A DNA stretch of 64,000 bases from Azolla caroliniana (GCA_043228905.1 JBHGNT010000014.1:11718001-11782000); one strand, 5' to 3'. Shown: positions 1 through 14,730, counted from the stretch's first letter. The notes: generated by a model not told the origin, from the sequence alone. Numbers and translations are program-made.

Positions 1-1382
1 AATAACATGGGTATCAAGATACATTGCACCACTTTGAGTCGTACATGAAAGGGCCATAATTGAGACTTCCAATACATAAATTTTTCCTTCAATTTACCAC
101 CAATCCAATCAATCAATTGAACATTTGTAACATCAACACCCAATGGATAACCCAAATGTCAATAAATTGATCCTCGTGTAACCATTGACCCTCGCCATCC
201 CAAACATTCCAAATCACTCTCTGTACAAGAAATAAGGCGAGACTTCCTCCAATTTATATACAACCCTGAAGCCAAAGCAAATTGATCCCAAACTTGCATA
301 CTCCTTTCAAGATTTTCTTTTGAGGCTTGTAAAAACTTAAAAGAATCATCAATCAATGCTTGTGCCACCAATTGTCCATCAAAAAGAAGATGCAAACCCA
401 CAATATCACCATTAGCCGCAAGATTTGACAACATTACTAACAAAGGATGTGTAACAATAGCAAATAACAATGGGTTTAGTGGACATCCTTGTCGCATGGA
501 TCTAGTAAGAAACACTTTCGGAGTAACTCCACCATTAAGCATCACATGCGAGGTTGCATTTTGCCCTAGCAAAAAGATAAGTCGACACATACGAGGACCA
601 AACCCCATATTATACATCACACATGATAGGAAAGACCAATTAACATGATCATGTGCTTTTTCCAAATATAATTGCACCATAACCATTTCTTGATGTGTAT
701 GTAGAGCATAATTGATAGCCATTTGAACATTCAAAACATTATGCAATATATTTCTACTTGTAATAAAACCATATTGAGATGGATGAATAAGTTGAGGTAA
801 GAACTTCTAAAGTTTGTTGGATAATATCTTTGCAAACACTTTGTACAACCCTCCCATCAATGAAATAGGCCTCCATTGATGAAATGACTCTAGAGATGGT
901 ACCTTTGGTATCAATTTGATTAAGCCCACCTTCCAGCTCTCAGGCATGAAACCAGAATCCCAACATTGTTGAAACATTTGTGCGAATGGACTCTTAAGCA
1001 TGCCAGCATACTTCTTAAAAACTTTATTTGTAACACCATCCAAACCAGGGCTTTTACCATTTTGAAGGTGTAACAATACCTTTTCCACCTTAGCTTCTTC
1101 AAAATCAACATCCAATTCTTCACAAATATTTGTATTCGCGAACTCCCAATTACATTATAAAACTCTTGTCATGTTTTCAGCACATCCTCATTAATAATCA
1201 ACTCTGGCCCAATCAAATTCTTAAAATGAGTAATACATAACTCAATAACCTTTATTGGGTCTACAAAATTGTCATCCCCTATCTTAATTTGTACCACATT
1301 TGAATGAGCATATGGTGGTCTTAATACTTGAAAAAACATTTGAGATTGTGATTGATTATCTATAAATCCCTCGTTTAATTGA
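1..1382 (-). pseudogene. LINE ORF2 reverse transcriptase fragment
   Basis: KSPGLDG, WRPISL, LEKAHDHVNWSFL, RQGCPLNPLLF motifs in ORFs 807-1115 and 159-746; YADD degenerate (LIDD); stops and frameshifts. Confidence 0.9.
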
Positions 1383-4300
1383 TGTGAAATGTTACATGCA
1401 GAAGCTATACGAAACACAGAATACCGGCAGAGAAAAACAGGTTTAATGGAGAGCTTAAGACACAATGTACACGGGAGAGACAGAGAGGGAAAAAACACTA
1501 AATTCGAATAATGTGTAAACTCTGTACATAGGATGTGCTCAAAGAGCACCTTTATACAAGTCCATACAGACTGACAAAAGTACTGACACGTACTTCAATG
1601 CTCATAACTGAGCTCCTACACTAACTCCCAAATATATTCCCTCGTAGAATATCTGTTCAACGGCCTCCTGGTTTCTGCACCAATCCGGCCTCTTGTTGTG
1701 CACTGGTTTGCGCACCAATTTACGCACCGATCGGTCCAAACTGATCCGGTTCTCAGCTTGCACAGCCGATCTGGCCAATGTTGAGCTTGTACCTAAACAC
1801 TCCCCCTCAAGCTCAACTTGAGGCTCTTCTGGTCCTTCACTCCGGTTTCTCTTGACTTCACGCCTCGCTCGCGCTCCTCGACCCGTTCGATTCTACGCGC
1901 CTCGACCCTTACTGTCGGCTTGTCTACTCGTGCGGCCTTTTCCAGCTCCCTTGTTGTCACGGTGTTGGCACTTCTTCTGCTGCCCTTTCTTCCACTTGGC
2001 CTTCAGTTGATTCGTCGTCTTTGAATCAAACATCCGAGCCGAATCGGTTGCCTCCGATTCGTCTTTGCTTTTGTCCAAACTGGTTGTCTCCAATTTGTCC
2101 TCAATCTTGGCCTTCTCGCCCTTATTGGCTTCATCTCCCCCATGCTTGGTTGGCTTCGGCTCTTTCTTTTGGTTGTTGCCTTCTCATCCACTTCTGGGCT
2201 CTTCCTCATATCCGCCTTCGGCTTCTTCAGCTGACACTAAATCAAATTCGTCATCTAATTTGATGTCGCAGTCACTTCCGCTCCTTTCCTACTCCTTTCC
2301 GTAGTCTTGCAGGACTTCCGAATTCGATGTCGCGGTCACTTCCGCTCCTTTCTTGCTCCTTTCCGTGGTCTTGCAGGACTTCTCTCCATCTCAAGTTCGG
2401 CACGTCGAAGTGCTGCAACCCGAGCGCACCCAAGAATTGCCGCAACTTGTCCAGACCAAGGGGCTTGGTGAAAATGTCGGCATTCTATCGATCCATTGAA
2501 ACATACTGAAGTTCAACTTCACTAGAGAGGACACGCTCGCGGACAAAGTGGTAATGCACCTCAATGTGCTTAGGCCGGGCGTGGAAGACAGGGTTCTTCG
2601 CAAGGTTGGATGCTGCTAAGGTTGTCGCAATAGATCGACATCGGACCGGACACCTCCACCAGCAGATCCTTAAGTAGTCGCTTCAGCCATATGGCTTCGC
2701 AGATTGCGACAGCTGCTCCTCGATACTCGGCCTCTGTGCTCGACAGTGCAACTGTCGGCTGCTTCTTGCTACTCCACGTGATCGCGATGCTCCCAAGGGA
2801 GAACGTGAATCCGGATGTGGATCGGCGATCGCTGGCATTTCCAGCCCAGTTGGCGTAAATGCTCATTAGCCGATGTTGAGGCCATTTTGGCCGACGCAGA
2901 CTTCACTCTTGAAGGCCCGTCATCGCTCTTCTCGGAGTCGGATTCGTGTCAATCCAACTCGTACCTATCCGTGCCATACTCCGGCATCTTCTTCTTTCCT
3001 TTTTCTTTGTGCGTAAGCCGTCTCTTCGGCTTCCTACGCGGGGAATGCACAATTGAGTCTCCACTACTCGCCGACTCTTCATCTAATTGGTCAAACCGAC
3101 TCAGTCGCTCATTCGGTCCACTTAGCCGAAATGAGATCGGACTCTCTTCAAGAGTTTCGACTTTGCATTCATCTTCAAAACTCGGATTGGAGTTGAGGTC
3201 CAGAGTCGGAGGCAAATATCAAGACGTAGACTCATTGAACATGACCTCATCTTCAAAACTCGGATTGGAGTTGAGGTCCAGAGTCAGAGGCAAATACCAA
3301 GACGTAGACTCATTGAACATGACCTCATCTTCAGAACTCGGATTGGAGTTGAGGTCCAGAGTCGGAGGCAAATACCAAGACGTAGACTCATTGAACATGA
3401 CATCGCGACTTACGCGAGCTTCTTTGGTTCAGGGGTTATAACACTTATAACCCTTCTGTTCATCTGAGTAGCCGACCAAGATACACTTCTCGGCTTTCGC
3501 GTCTAGCTTCATCCGCTTCTCCTTCGGCACATTCACATACGCGATGCTACTGAAAACCCTCAAGTGTCGTAGATTCGACTTCCTTCCGAAATACAACTCA
3601 TGTGCCGACACTTTTTCTCCCATCCGATTCTGGATGTAGACCGCAGTTCGGACCGCTTCGGCCCAATAGAACTTGGGCATTGCCCGCGCCGCTTCCACAA
3701 CCAACCGATTCTTCCTTTCTGCTACGCCGTTTTGCTCTAGTGTATACTTGCAACTGAATTCGCGTTGAATTCCCATTTGTTGCAGATAACTATTGAATTG
3801 GCTGGAAAAGTACTCTTTTCCACCATCCGACCATAGGCACTTGATCTTCCTCCCTGTTTCTCTTTCGACAAGATTTTTGAGGTTCCGGAAACAATCGAAG
3901 ACTTCACTCTTCTTTTTGATGAGGTAGATCCATGTGTGTCGGGTGTAGTCGTCGATGAAGGATACGAAATATCGACTCCCGCCAAGACTCACGTTCTATG
4001 TCGGTCCCCATACATCTAAATGTATCAAGTCGAGCTTATTTTGGCTCCGATTACGCTCATTGGGGAAAGGAAGTTGGTGTTGCTTCCCTAGCTGGCAGGC
4101 TTCACAAATTTGGGGCTTTCGACCACTGAATTTCGGCAATCCGAACACAACTTGTTTTGATTGCAAGTCCTGAAGCCTTTGGTAGTTGATGTGGCCTATC
4201 CGCTTATGCCACAAGTCGATATCCGACTCGACTTTTTGCCCTTTCATGAACATGGCAATGCCTATGTCATTGGTGTTGAGGATGAACATCCTCCCATCTC

Positions 4301-6085
4301 TGCGCCCTTGCGCAATAACTTGACCTTCTTCCTTGATGAAGCACTTGAGATGCGTGAACCGGACTTGCATCCCCTAGTCGATGATCTGTCCGACCGACAC
4401 CAGATTCTTCATAATGGTAGGGACGTGTAACTTGTTCATTAGCTTCCCTTTTTGCCCGACGTGGATGAGGGGAACTTCACCGACATTTATGATCGGATGC
4501 GGAGTATCGTCTCCTGTTGCAACTACTCTCGGTTGTTCTGGTTTTTCACAGATATGAGAACCACTCTTTATGGCTCGTCATATGGTTTGACGCTCTGGAG
4601 TCAACGTACCACACTTCGTCTGATTTTGGGGTGGTCTTCTTCATCAAGTTCGCTTCGTGTCTTGTCACGAATGCTACCCCCTTTCCGACTTTTTCGGATC
4701 CTTCGGCGTAGTGCGTCCGCTAGCGATTTCCTTGTTCGGTCCGTTCGGATCCGGATCCGGTTTTCTCTGAATCAGCGCGCTTCTTCCAACACTTGTTCTC
4801 CTTGTGGCCTTTCTTGCCACAATACCAACATTCTGCGGCGTATTTCCCTTGCCGGTTCTTGTCGCCACCTCAACTCCCCCTGCTTCTAGAGGGTCCGGAA
4901 TTGTTGTCAGCATCACCACGATGCCTTCTTCCTTGCTCCCATCGGCCGCCTCCATTGTGCGCTGACTCGCCATGACCACGGGGCCTATCTCCCTCCGTGT
5001 ACAACATCTTGTTGTCGGCGTGCGTACTCGTCAACGCACCCTTATGATTCTCCTCTACAAGGAGCATCGACTGCAAGTCGAAAAATGACGGCGTATTCTC
5101 CCTTATACAAATAGCAGTTCGGAATGCTCCGAACTTCGACGCCAATCCTCCGAGTTAGATCTGCACCATTTCACCCTCCTTAACGTTCACATCAATGGAG
5201 GCGGGGGAGTCGCATATATCCTTTATCTTGGAGGTGTAGTCAGCCACTATCATGACACGTTGACGCACATTGCTCAACTCCTCTCGGAGTTGGAGCTTCC
5301 TGGCTATGGTGCTTGCGGCGAAAATCTTTTTCAGATTTCCCCAAGCATCCTTCAGCGTTCTTGCATCCCGAATGTAGCTCAAGAGTTGTTCGCTCACACA
5401 GGACGCGAAGCAGTAGAGAACTCTGCTCGCCGACTGTTCCCAAGCTGGGAAGTCTCTGTGTGTCAATTCGGGTGTTGCATCATTCACTCCATCGACATAG
5501 CTCCAGTATCCATGTCCGAGCAGGTACTGGTGCATCTTGTACGACCAAGATGTGTAGTTACTTCTGTCGAGCTTCTCAGTTGGAAGCGAATTAGCCATAC
5601 CTCTATCCATTTTTTTCTTTCTGTTCTTCACCGAGATTAGTTTTTTTTGTTTCAAGCTGAAGTTGGTTGCAGAGGTTCTCAACCCTCGCGCTCTGATACC
5701 ATGTGAAATGTTACGTGCGGAAGCTATACGAAACACAAAATACCGACAGAGAAAAACAGGTTTAATGGAGAGCTTAAGACACAATGTACACGGGAGAGAC
5801 AGAGAGGGAAAAAACACTAAATTCGAATAATGTGTAAACTCTATACATAGGATGTGCTCAGACAGCACCTTTATACAAGTCCATACAGACTAACAGAAGT
5901 ATTGACACGTACTTCAATGCTCATAACTAAGCTCCTACACTAACTCCCAAATATAATCCCTCGCGGAATATCTGTTCAACGCCCTCCCGGTTTCCGCACC
6001 GATCCAGCCTAACTGATTGGTCCAAACCGATCCGGTTCTCGGCTTGCACAGCCGATCCAACCAATGTTGAGCTTGTATCTCAACA
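1383..6085 (-). mobile_element. Copia-1 Ty1/Copia LTR retrotransposon, non-autonomous (RT deleted)
   Basis: LTRs 1383-1799 and 5702-6085 (TG..CA); TSD ATTGA; tRNA-iMet PBS (rc TGGTATCAGAG) ending at 5701; PPT at 1800-1808; gag (TEKLDRSNY), GAG-pre-integrase, integrase and RNase H fragments. Confidence 0.95.
3169..3400. repeat. 78-bp tandem triplication inside Copia-1 (integrase C-terminus/linker)
   Basis: Unit ATCTTCAAAACTCGGATTGG... recurs at 3171, 3249 and 3327. Confidence 0.95.
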
Positions 6086-6090
6086 ATTGA

Positions 6091-7171
6091 CATAGTCTTG
6101 TCTGTTGATAACTTTGACAAGACAAATTCTTCACAATGTCCTATACTTGAAGTTGAACATCCAAAAGCTCTTCATCATATAGATTATTCATCAATAGTAC
6201 ATTGCATCGTGTAAGAATATATGAAAACTTATCAATCAATTTATTACGTCTTTTAGCATTAGTCATACCATACATATGATGAATATCATTGATGTTTTGT
6301 AGTGTTGTATCCTATGCATGCAATCCTTTTGAAATAACTTGTGTTGAAAACATGCCACAACTTTGTTGCATATAGGCATCAAATAAGGAATGTAATAATA
6401 AAGAAGAATTAAACCTCAAAAGAATTCGATCAAGTAATGTTTTGTACATATCTACTCCATGTTTATTAAACTCAAAACATATGGGAAAATGATCTGATGT
6501 CACAACCTCTTGCATAATTGACATATTAAGCATCTCTAGCAAAAAGGACTCATCATGCATAAGATAAATTCTATCAAACCTACTCCATGTTTCCTTATAT
6601 TGCATAGAGTGAAATGTAAAGCCAACCTCATCTTGATGCAACCATTTCCATATACATCCAACTTCAAAACCTCTGATGCCAATTTGTCCCAAACTGTTTG
6701 CTCAGGAGAATCCATCAATGAGAATCGTGAAGTAGATTGTGAAGCATCAACACACATATTAAAACCACCAATTAACAAACCAAAACGGCCCACTAATAAC
6801 CGTGGATACATTGAAGACCATAACTCAATGCATTGATTAGCATTATTGGGTGCATAGATTCCTACCAATCATATCAAATCCTCAAAATACTTGACTTCCA
6901 TCACCCAAAAACGTCCATATGGATCATTATAGACTATATGTGGGCAAAAAAAATCACGAATAATCATGAAAACCCTTGAGTAATGACGGGATAACTGTCC
7001 TGCATAATATGCGGAATATCCACACAAATGTAACATAGATCTTGCTAAATCATGACACTTATGTTCAACTGCACATAAAACATCCAATTCTTTATCAAAT
7101 AAAGTTTTCCATAATATATATTTCTTATGAGGAGAAGATGCCCCCCGCACATTCCATGATACCACTTGCAT
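6091..7171 (-). pseudogene. LINE ORF2 N-terminus, APE-type endonuclease
   Basis: MQVVSWNVRG, GIYAPN, GGFN, SRFDRIY and SDHFPI motifs. Confidence 0.9.
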
Positions 7172-7177
7172 GTAACA

Positions 7178-10100
7178 CCTTCCCCCTTTCTTTCTCTCTT
7201 GAACACAAACGATCATGCACATCATGTATGCGCTATTGCACTAAGAAGAGCCGTAGCGCCTTCTTAACATTGTATCAAAAAGTGTTGCATTGGCTATCAC
7301 TTAGCATCTCAGATTCGATGCTTGGACATATACAAGATGCACTACTTCCAAAGGAAGCTTAGGACAATTTGGTAAAATTGTTTGCAGTAAATACAAAGGC
7401 AAGAAAACTTCCCCTGAAGACTGAACTAAATACCTTGGAAAAAGGTAAAATGTCAGTCAATGAGTATGCTCTGAAAATAAAGAGTATATGTGAGTCACTT
7501 GCTTCTATTAATGTGAAGGTAGAAGATGATGATAAAGTAGAAGTGTGCTTAAGGGGTTTAGGACCTCAATATAAAAGCTTCAAAACATCCATCTCACAAG
7601 GGATAGCATCCCAAGCTTTGCAAATCTGGTTTCAATGCTAGTAGTGGAAGAAAGAAATCAGATTGAAGATACAAACAAGGGAATCTTTGAAACTGAGGGG
7701 CAAGCTCTCCACAATAGTGCTGGAAGAGGCCGAGGAAGAGGCCATGGCAGATTTGGTTCAACTAGAACAAATAATAATTATCAAGGAAGAGGACAACAAG
7801 TTATAAGTGGAAGAAATAACATCAGAGGCAAGGGGAGCAATCGAGATAGAGGTAAGCAAACTTATTTGAGTGATGATGGTTGTTGGTATTGTGGAAAACC
7901 AAGCCATACACAGGTTGAATGTTATAAAAAGAAAAATGATGAAAAAAGAGGGAAGAGACAACAAAATAACTATGCTTCAACTAGTGAAAACTGTGGCAAA
8001 GAGAATGCTTTTGTGATGCAACATGAAACAACAACAATGGTTGAAAGTTCACAGAGATCTAATGAATATTATATGTGGTATGTAGATTCTGGGGTATCTA
8101 ATCATATGACATGACATGAAAATTGGTTTGAAAGTCTAAGAGAACTAGATATTCCTAGTTATGTACAAACAAATGATGATACTAATACAATTGAACATGT
8201 AGGAGATATTCCATTGTAGGAAGAAAGAGGAAAAACAAAGTATATGTTGAATGTTATGCATGTTCCAAATCATGCAAAAAAACTGATTTCTATTGGACAG
8301 ATAGTAGAGCAAGGAATGCACATAAAGTTTAAGCAAAGTGGGTGCTTTATAGAGAAACATTGAAAGTTGATTGCAAAAGAAAAACGCCAAGGAAGAATGT
8401 TTGTTTTAGATGTGGATATTACTAAAAAGACTACAACCATGTTTCCAGGAGGATTGAATGTAATCTCAAATGTAGAAATGTGGCATAAAAGAATTAGACA
8501 TATAAGTATGCAAACCTTCCAAAATATGTTGAGAAAAAATGTAGTGGTTGGACTGCCAAAGTTGAAAAACTGTGAGATGAGCAAAATATGTGAAGCATGT
8601 CAATATGGAAAGCAAAACAAGTTGCCTTTCCCTCATGAAGGACATATAAGCAAAAACTTGTTGGATTTGGTACATACAGATGTATGGGAACCTACAAAAA
8701 ATGTCTCAATTGGTGGCTACAGGGTTTATGTAACATTCATTGATGATTGCTCAAGGAAAAATGGGTTTACTTCATGAAAGAGAAGAGTGAACTATTTGAG
8801 TGTTTCCGTAAGTTCAAATGCATGGTAAGCAAGCCAGAACTAGGATAAAAGGCTTAAGGTCTGATGGAGGAGGAGAATACCTCTCAAATGAATTCTTTGA
8901 TTTTCTATGCAATCAAGGAATAAGGAGACAATTCACATGTCAATATACTCCACAACAAAATGGAGTGGCTGAGAGGAAAAACAAAACTTTGGTAAACATA
9001 GCAAGAGCTTTGATGACTGAAAAAAATATGTCATTGTATTATTGGGCTGAGGCTGTAAATACAGCAACCTGTATTCTAAATAGATGCATAACATTTGGAG
9101 TACATGCAATAACTCCTGAAGAATGTTTTTATGGTAGGAAACCTAGTTTAGGACACTTAAAAGTGGTTGGATGCCTTGCTTATGTTCTTGTACCTGCAGA
9201 AGTAAGAAGTAAGCTTGACGAAAAATGTGTTTTTGTAGGATATTCAGAGGAGCAAAAAGGGTATAGATGTTATAACCCTTTGACGAAAAAGATTGTAGTA
9301 ACTGGTGATGTGATATTTGATGAGTTGGGCAGTTGGTACATCCCAAAACTTGATGTAGAAATTGATGAAGACAATGAAAATGAAGACAGAAACAAATTTG
9401 AAAATGAAAGTGATTGTTATGGAAATGGAAACAGGGTTGGACAACAAAGTCCAACATCGATAGCATGTACTGGACCATCTGAAAACTTTGGATCAAATGC
9501 TTGGAGTGGAAAACATGTAAGACATAAAAAATGCGATGATAAAAAGGTAAAATAGAAGATGCCAGAATATGAAATGTTTGATGAAGGATCTAGAAACATG
9601 GAAGATGTAGATTCAGATGTATCATTCGATGAAGAGCTGGGTATACAAGTTTTGAAAATCCCCAATATTCAAAGAGCAATGAAAGATGCAAATAAAAAAC
9701 TAAGAAGATCAAATAGAGAAAGAAAATTTGTTGAAAGATTTGGTTATGATACATACATGGCTATGCATTATGCATATATGTCTAAAGTGGTACAAATCCC
9801 TGATCCAAATAGTTTTGATGAAGCAAAAGTTGAGAAGAAACAGGTGAATGCAATGCAAGAAAAAATAGATGTAGTGGCTGAAAACAAAACATGGGATTTG
9901 GTAAAGTTGCCAAAAGGAAAAAATGTGGTAGGTTGCAAATGGGTCTACAAAACAAAGCATGATTCCAATGGGAATGTAAGTAGACATAAAGCAAGACTTG
10001 TTGCAAAGGGATATGCCCAAATGCAAGGAATTGATTATGATGAGCCATTTGCATTGGTTGCAAAAATGGCAAACTTGAGGACACTACTTGCTGTAAGTGC

Positions 10101-11739
10101 AGCTAAAAGATGGGTTCTGCACCATATGGATGTAAAAAATGCTTTTTTACATGGCAACTTAGAAGAGGAAGTATACATATGTCAACCATCAGGATTTGAA
10201 GATAAGAAGAATCCATAATATGTTTGTAAGCTGAAAAATGCTCTCTAGGGATTGAAACAAGCACCGAGAGCATGGCGCAAAAAACTTTCAGAATCTCTGG
10301 AAAAAAATTGCTTTCAAAATGTCAAAGGTTGATCCATCATTGTATGTAAAGAATATGAATGATTGCATTGTTGTGATTTTGATTTATGTTGATGATTTAA
10401 TCATTGGAGGTGATTCTCTGGATGAAATAAGCAAGCTGAAGAAAAATCTAGAAATGCAATTTCATATGAAGGATTTGGGAGAGCTGAAATACTTTCATGG
10501 TATTGAGATAATCAAATCTGAAAGAGGAATATATATGTTGCAAAAATAGTATGTAACAACTGTGTTGAAAAAGTATGGAATGTTTAGATGCAAACCTATT
10601 GATGTATCATTGGATAAGAACTGCAAATTGAGGGTTGATTGTGAACATGTACAGGTCTATGGTGGGCAACCTCATATACTTAACTATAACAAGACCTAAT
10701 TTGAGTTATGCAGTTGGATTAGTCATCCAGTTTATGCAGCAGCCAACAAAGCCACATTTGGATTGCATTAGAAGAATTTTGAGGTATGTAAAAGCTACTC
10801 AAAACTATGGATTGTTTTACAGGGTTGATCTGGACATAAAGTTGGAAGGATATGCAGATGTTGATTGGGCTGGAAGCCAAACTGATAGAAGATCCATGAG
10901 TGGATATATGTTTACATTGGGAAGTGCAGCTATTTCATGGAATAGGAAGAAACAAGCTATTGTTGCATTATCCAGTACTGAAGCTGAATATAGAGCTGCA
11001 ATAGCTAGATGTGAAGAAGTATGGATTAGAAGATTGCTTGTTGATTTGGGAGAGTATATAGATGGTGCAGTCACAATTTGGTGTGACAATAGTATTCAGC
11101 TCGCAAAAAACCCAGTGTTTCATGCAAGAACAAAGCACTTTGTTAGAGAAAAAGTGATTGATGGAGAAGTGGATCTATTGTATGTAAGTACAAATCAGCA
11201 AGTTGCGGACATTCTTACAAAGGGACTAAGCATAGAAAAACATACACAGTTTAGAGACATGATAGGAGTTATAAGCATTGATATGATCACTGGAAAGCAT
11301 GAAGAAAAGAAGACTGAAGATGATCTCAAGAGTGGATAAGTTGAGCTCGAGAGGGAGTGTTAAGAAACAAGCTCAACAAAAGAAATGTGATGCTTATTGG
11401 TAACTGAGATCTTCTATAGTAGCTATTAGGAAATTAGTTACTATTAGACATATAGGTAAAACAGTTATTTAGCTACTCGCAGTTATTTAGCTACTCACAA
11501 CTAATTAGCTAAATATGTAAGTCACTAATATACTTAGGTAAAAAGTGAGAGTAAGTAGAAAGAGTAGAGAAGAAGAAGACAGACGAGAGAGGTTTTTTCT
11601 GTACAATGAAAAAGAAGGCTTTTGGGTTGCTACAGAGGTGAGTCTCCTTCCTCCTTTCTTTCTCTCTTGAACACAAACGATCCTCTACACATCACGTATC
11701 TGTTGTTGCACTAAGAAGAGTTGTAGCGCTTTCTTAACA
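7178..11739 (+). mobile_element. Copia-2, AT-rich decayed Ty1/Copia with truncated 5' LTR
   Basis: 3' LTR 11358-11739 (TGTTAAGAA..TTCTTAACA); only the last ~90 bp of the 5' LTR remain (7178-7269), followed by a degenerate PBS; gag CCHC (CWYCGKPSHTQVEC), protease WYVDSG, integrase, RT (YVDD) and RNase H fragments. Confidence 0.92.
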
Positions 11740-12962
11740 CATTCTCCTCCCCAACATCTCTAATATGACCATGAACTTTAGGATCTCGCTCTAACCCATG
11801 AGATGTTCCCTTATCCATGACCATATCAACCATTAAGACAATATCCTTCTCAATATCTTCCTTATTTTTCCCTTTGACATTATTTTCTAGGGACAGTTCA
11901 CCATGATATTGGCATTCAGCCATAAAATGCCCCAATTTACCACATATAAAACAATGTCCTGCAAAAGTCTCCCATTGAAGCTTAAAACGAAATCTACCAA
12001 ATCGAGATGTATCTATACTCAACCATCCTCGAAGTTTGCAACTTGTATCCCATAACATGCAAAATCTACATTTGTTCAACGAATTAACATGAGGAGCAAT
12101 CAAAACTTTACCAATTTGAGACATCAATCCTGGTAGTAAATCCCAAAAGAATGAGTTACTGCAATCAACAGTCACCCAAATTGCACATTGTTGTTTTAAT
12201 AAATATTTATAATCCACCACTGGAACCCATTCCATCACATGCACTAATCTTCTATACAAAAAGATTGGTACCTTTGCCATCAAAACCATACGGTGTTTTG
12301 ATGATAAAAAAACCATACCATAGACCTCTTGGACCCACACAGACATCCTCGACACAATTAGGCATTATGAATGAATTCAACCATTGCTTAATCCATGATA
12401 CCAAAGGAAGTTTGCTAGTGAAATACAAAATAACACCACGATCATAGAACCTGTCGAAAGTTGCTAACATAGACTTGGTCTCCATCACCACCCCTACAAC
12501 ATCCTCCTCCACACAATCTTTAGCATCTTTCTCATTTTTTTCCATAAAATCGGAAAGCAAAGCCTTAACAAAATCACAACGACTGTCAATATTATAATCA
12601 TCTCCAATAACATCTTTCCCACCAAGAATAGCAACATATGATGTTTTCTCATGTTCTGTAGAATCGATACACTTTTTCCTCTTGTAATTTTCACAACCAT
12701 CATTACTACCACATCCATCAGTAACCATCAACTCACATCCTATTGTTGTGTCAACAATCCTAATAGAGATTGAGAGAACTAACCTGAGACAATGACAATT
12801 TTTCTTGTAGCCTCTTGTAACAATAATGAAACTTAACTTCCAAATAATTCTTGGAAAGCCCTTTGAACGATCTTCGCAATGAGCCAAAAGTCATAAAAAA
12901 CGAAGTTCTAAGTACAAAGTTACATTCGAAACATGTTTCAACACTATTCTTGGAACGCCATT
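11740..12962 (-). pseudogene. LINE ORF1 remnant (plant L1-type with zinc knuckle)
   Basis: CFICGKLGHFMAEC knuckle in ORF 11711-12355, upstream of the endonuclease on the same strand. Confidence 0.8.
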
Positions 12963-14730
12963 TCTTTTATCTATCTTGTGTTTCTCTCCTCTCCTCTCCT
13001 CTCCTATTTTCACACACACACACACATAACACACATCTTTTGAGCTACACAGAATCATATCCAATTCTTTACATGGTATCGGAGCAATTTGGTAGTTCGA
13101 TCTAGCCCATCCGCGTGTGTTGCGTGTTCGATATGCCGATGACAAATCCGACTATCCACTATCGTAGTGCCACTACATAGCTCGTGTCTAAGGAAGACGA
13201 AGAAGAAGAAGGAAATCTTAATCTACATAATGAATACTCAAATGGGGAGCGTTCTCCCTAGCGAGAAGTTGGACAGAAATAACTTTGCATCTTGGGAGTA
13301 CAAGATGCACCAATACCTTGTCAGACAAGGCAATTGAGGCTAACATTCAAGGAGCACAAGAAAACAAACCCGACCCAAAAGGACACCGACTACTCAACAT
13401 GGGAGCAAGCGGCGAGTCAAGTAATGTATTGCTTGGCGACATGTGTTCATGACCACATGCTCGGCTACATTTGAGACACCAATACACCGAAGGAAGTGTG
13501 GGAGAATCTAAGGAAGATTTTTGCAACCAACACAACCGCAAGAAAGCTTCAACTCCGCCAAGAGTTGAACAACATCCAACAAAAGGACATGCCCATCACA
13601 AGTTACACCTTGAAGATCAAGGAGCTTTGTGGCTCACTCGGCTCAATAAGCATCAATGTGGAGGATGAAAAGATTGTGCAAATATGCCTAGGAGGCCTCG
13701 CACCACAGTTCGGCATGATGAGAACTGTCGTTCTAGCAAGGGAGAAACCTCCCTCTTTCTTCGATCTTCAATCGATGTTATTGCTTGAAGAAAACCATGT
13801 TTAAACAAGGAGTGATGCCTCGGAAGGTCAAATGCTCTACACACACTCAGACGGAGGAAGAGGATGTGGTCAAGCAAGAAGAGGCTAATTTGGCCAAGGA
13901 CGAGGCAGACGAGGTTCGAATTATGAAAAAAACCCCCAATTTCAGCAAGAAAACAGAAACAATCGAGGAATGTTCAGAAGAAAGGGGAGCTTCCATGCTG
14001 GTCCAAGCTGACAAAACTCAATCGAATGCGGATATTGTGACAAAATCGGCCACCATGAAGAGGAGTGCCAAAAGAAGAAGCGTGAGTTGGCTTCCACAAG
14101 CCGACAACTCACCAATTACGCCACCTCCGACTATGAAGACCATGGCAGAATTTTTTCGTGATGAGACAGAGCAAATTCTATGTCATCTTTTACTTCGACT
14201 AGTGCCTCCGGTCCGGAAGATGTATGGTTCGTCAACTCTAGTGCTTCAAACCATGTGACGCCTCATCAAGAATGGTTCAGAGACCTTTGAGAGTCGGATC
14301 GACCCGGCTATGTCAAGATCAGAGATGATACCACTCATCCGATACAACACATTGGAAATGTTCCATTCGGGAAAGAAGGCGAACAAACTTGAATAAAAAA
14401 CTTCTTGCATGTACCGACCATAACAAAAAAATTGGTCTCGGTCGGCCAAATTGTGGAGCAAGGCATGCAAGTCCGATTCAACCAAGGTGGTTGTTTCATC
14501 GAGAAGGAAGGCCAACTCATCATTCATGGTCGAAGGGAAGGCGGAATGTTTATCCTCGAGCCGAACGAGGTAAGATCGTCCATGTTTGCAAAGGGCCTCA
14601 AAGCCGACAGAAACATAGAGTTGTGGCACAAGAGAATTGGTCACATCAACCTCAATAAACTCAAGGCAATGCAATCGAAATGAGTCGTCATCGAGCTCTT
14701 GACCTTCAATGTGCAGCCTGCCAATTGTCA

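Larger units (their letters stand above)
1..13030 (-). mobile_element. Decayed L1-clade LINE in three segments (1-1382, 6086-7171, 11740-~13030), interrupted by two Copia elements; 3' end lies outside the window
   Basis: Colinear ORF1 (CCHC knuckle), APE endonuclease and RT fragments on the - strand; continuity across the ATTGA TSD at 1378-1382/6086-6090; 5' boundary approximate. Confidence 0.88.

Noticed and set aside
7171-7280. LINE-Copia chimeric element
   Set aside because: Better explained by Copia-2 inserting in the LINE, followed by deletions removing most of its 5' LTR, the TSD and the gag start
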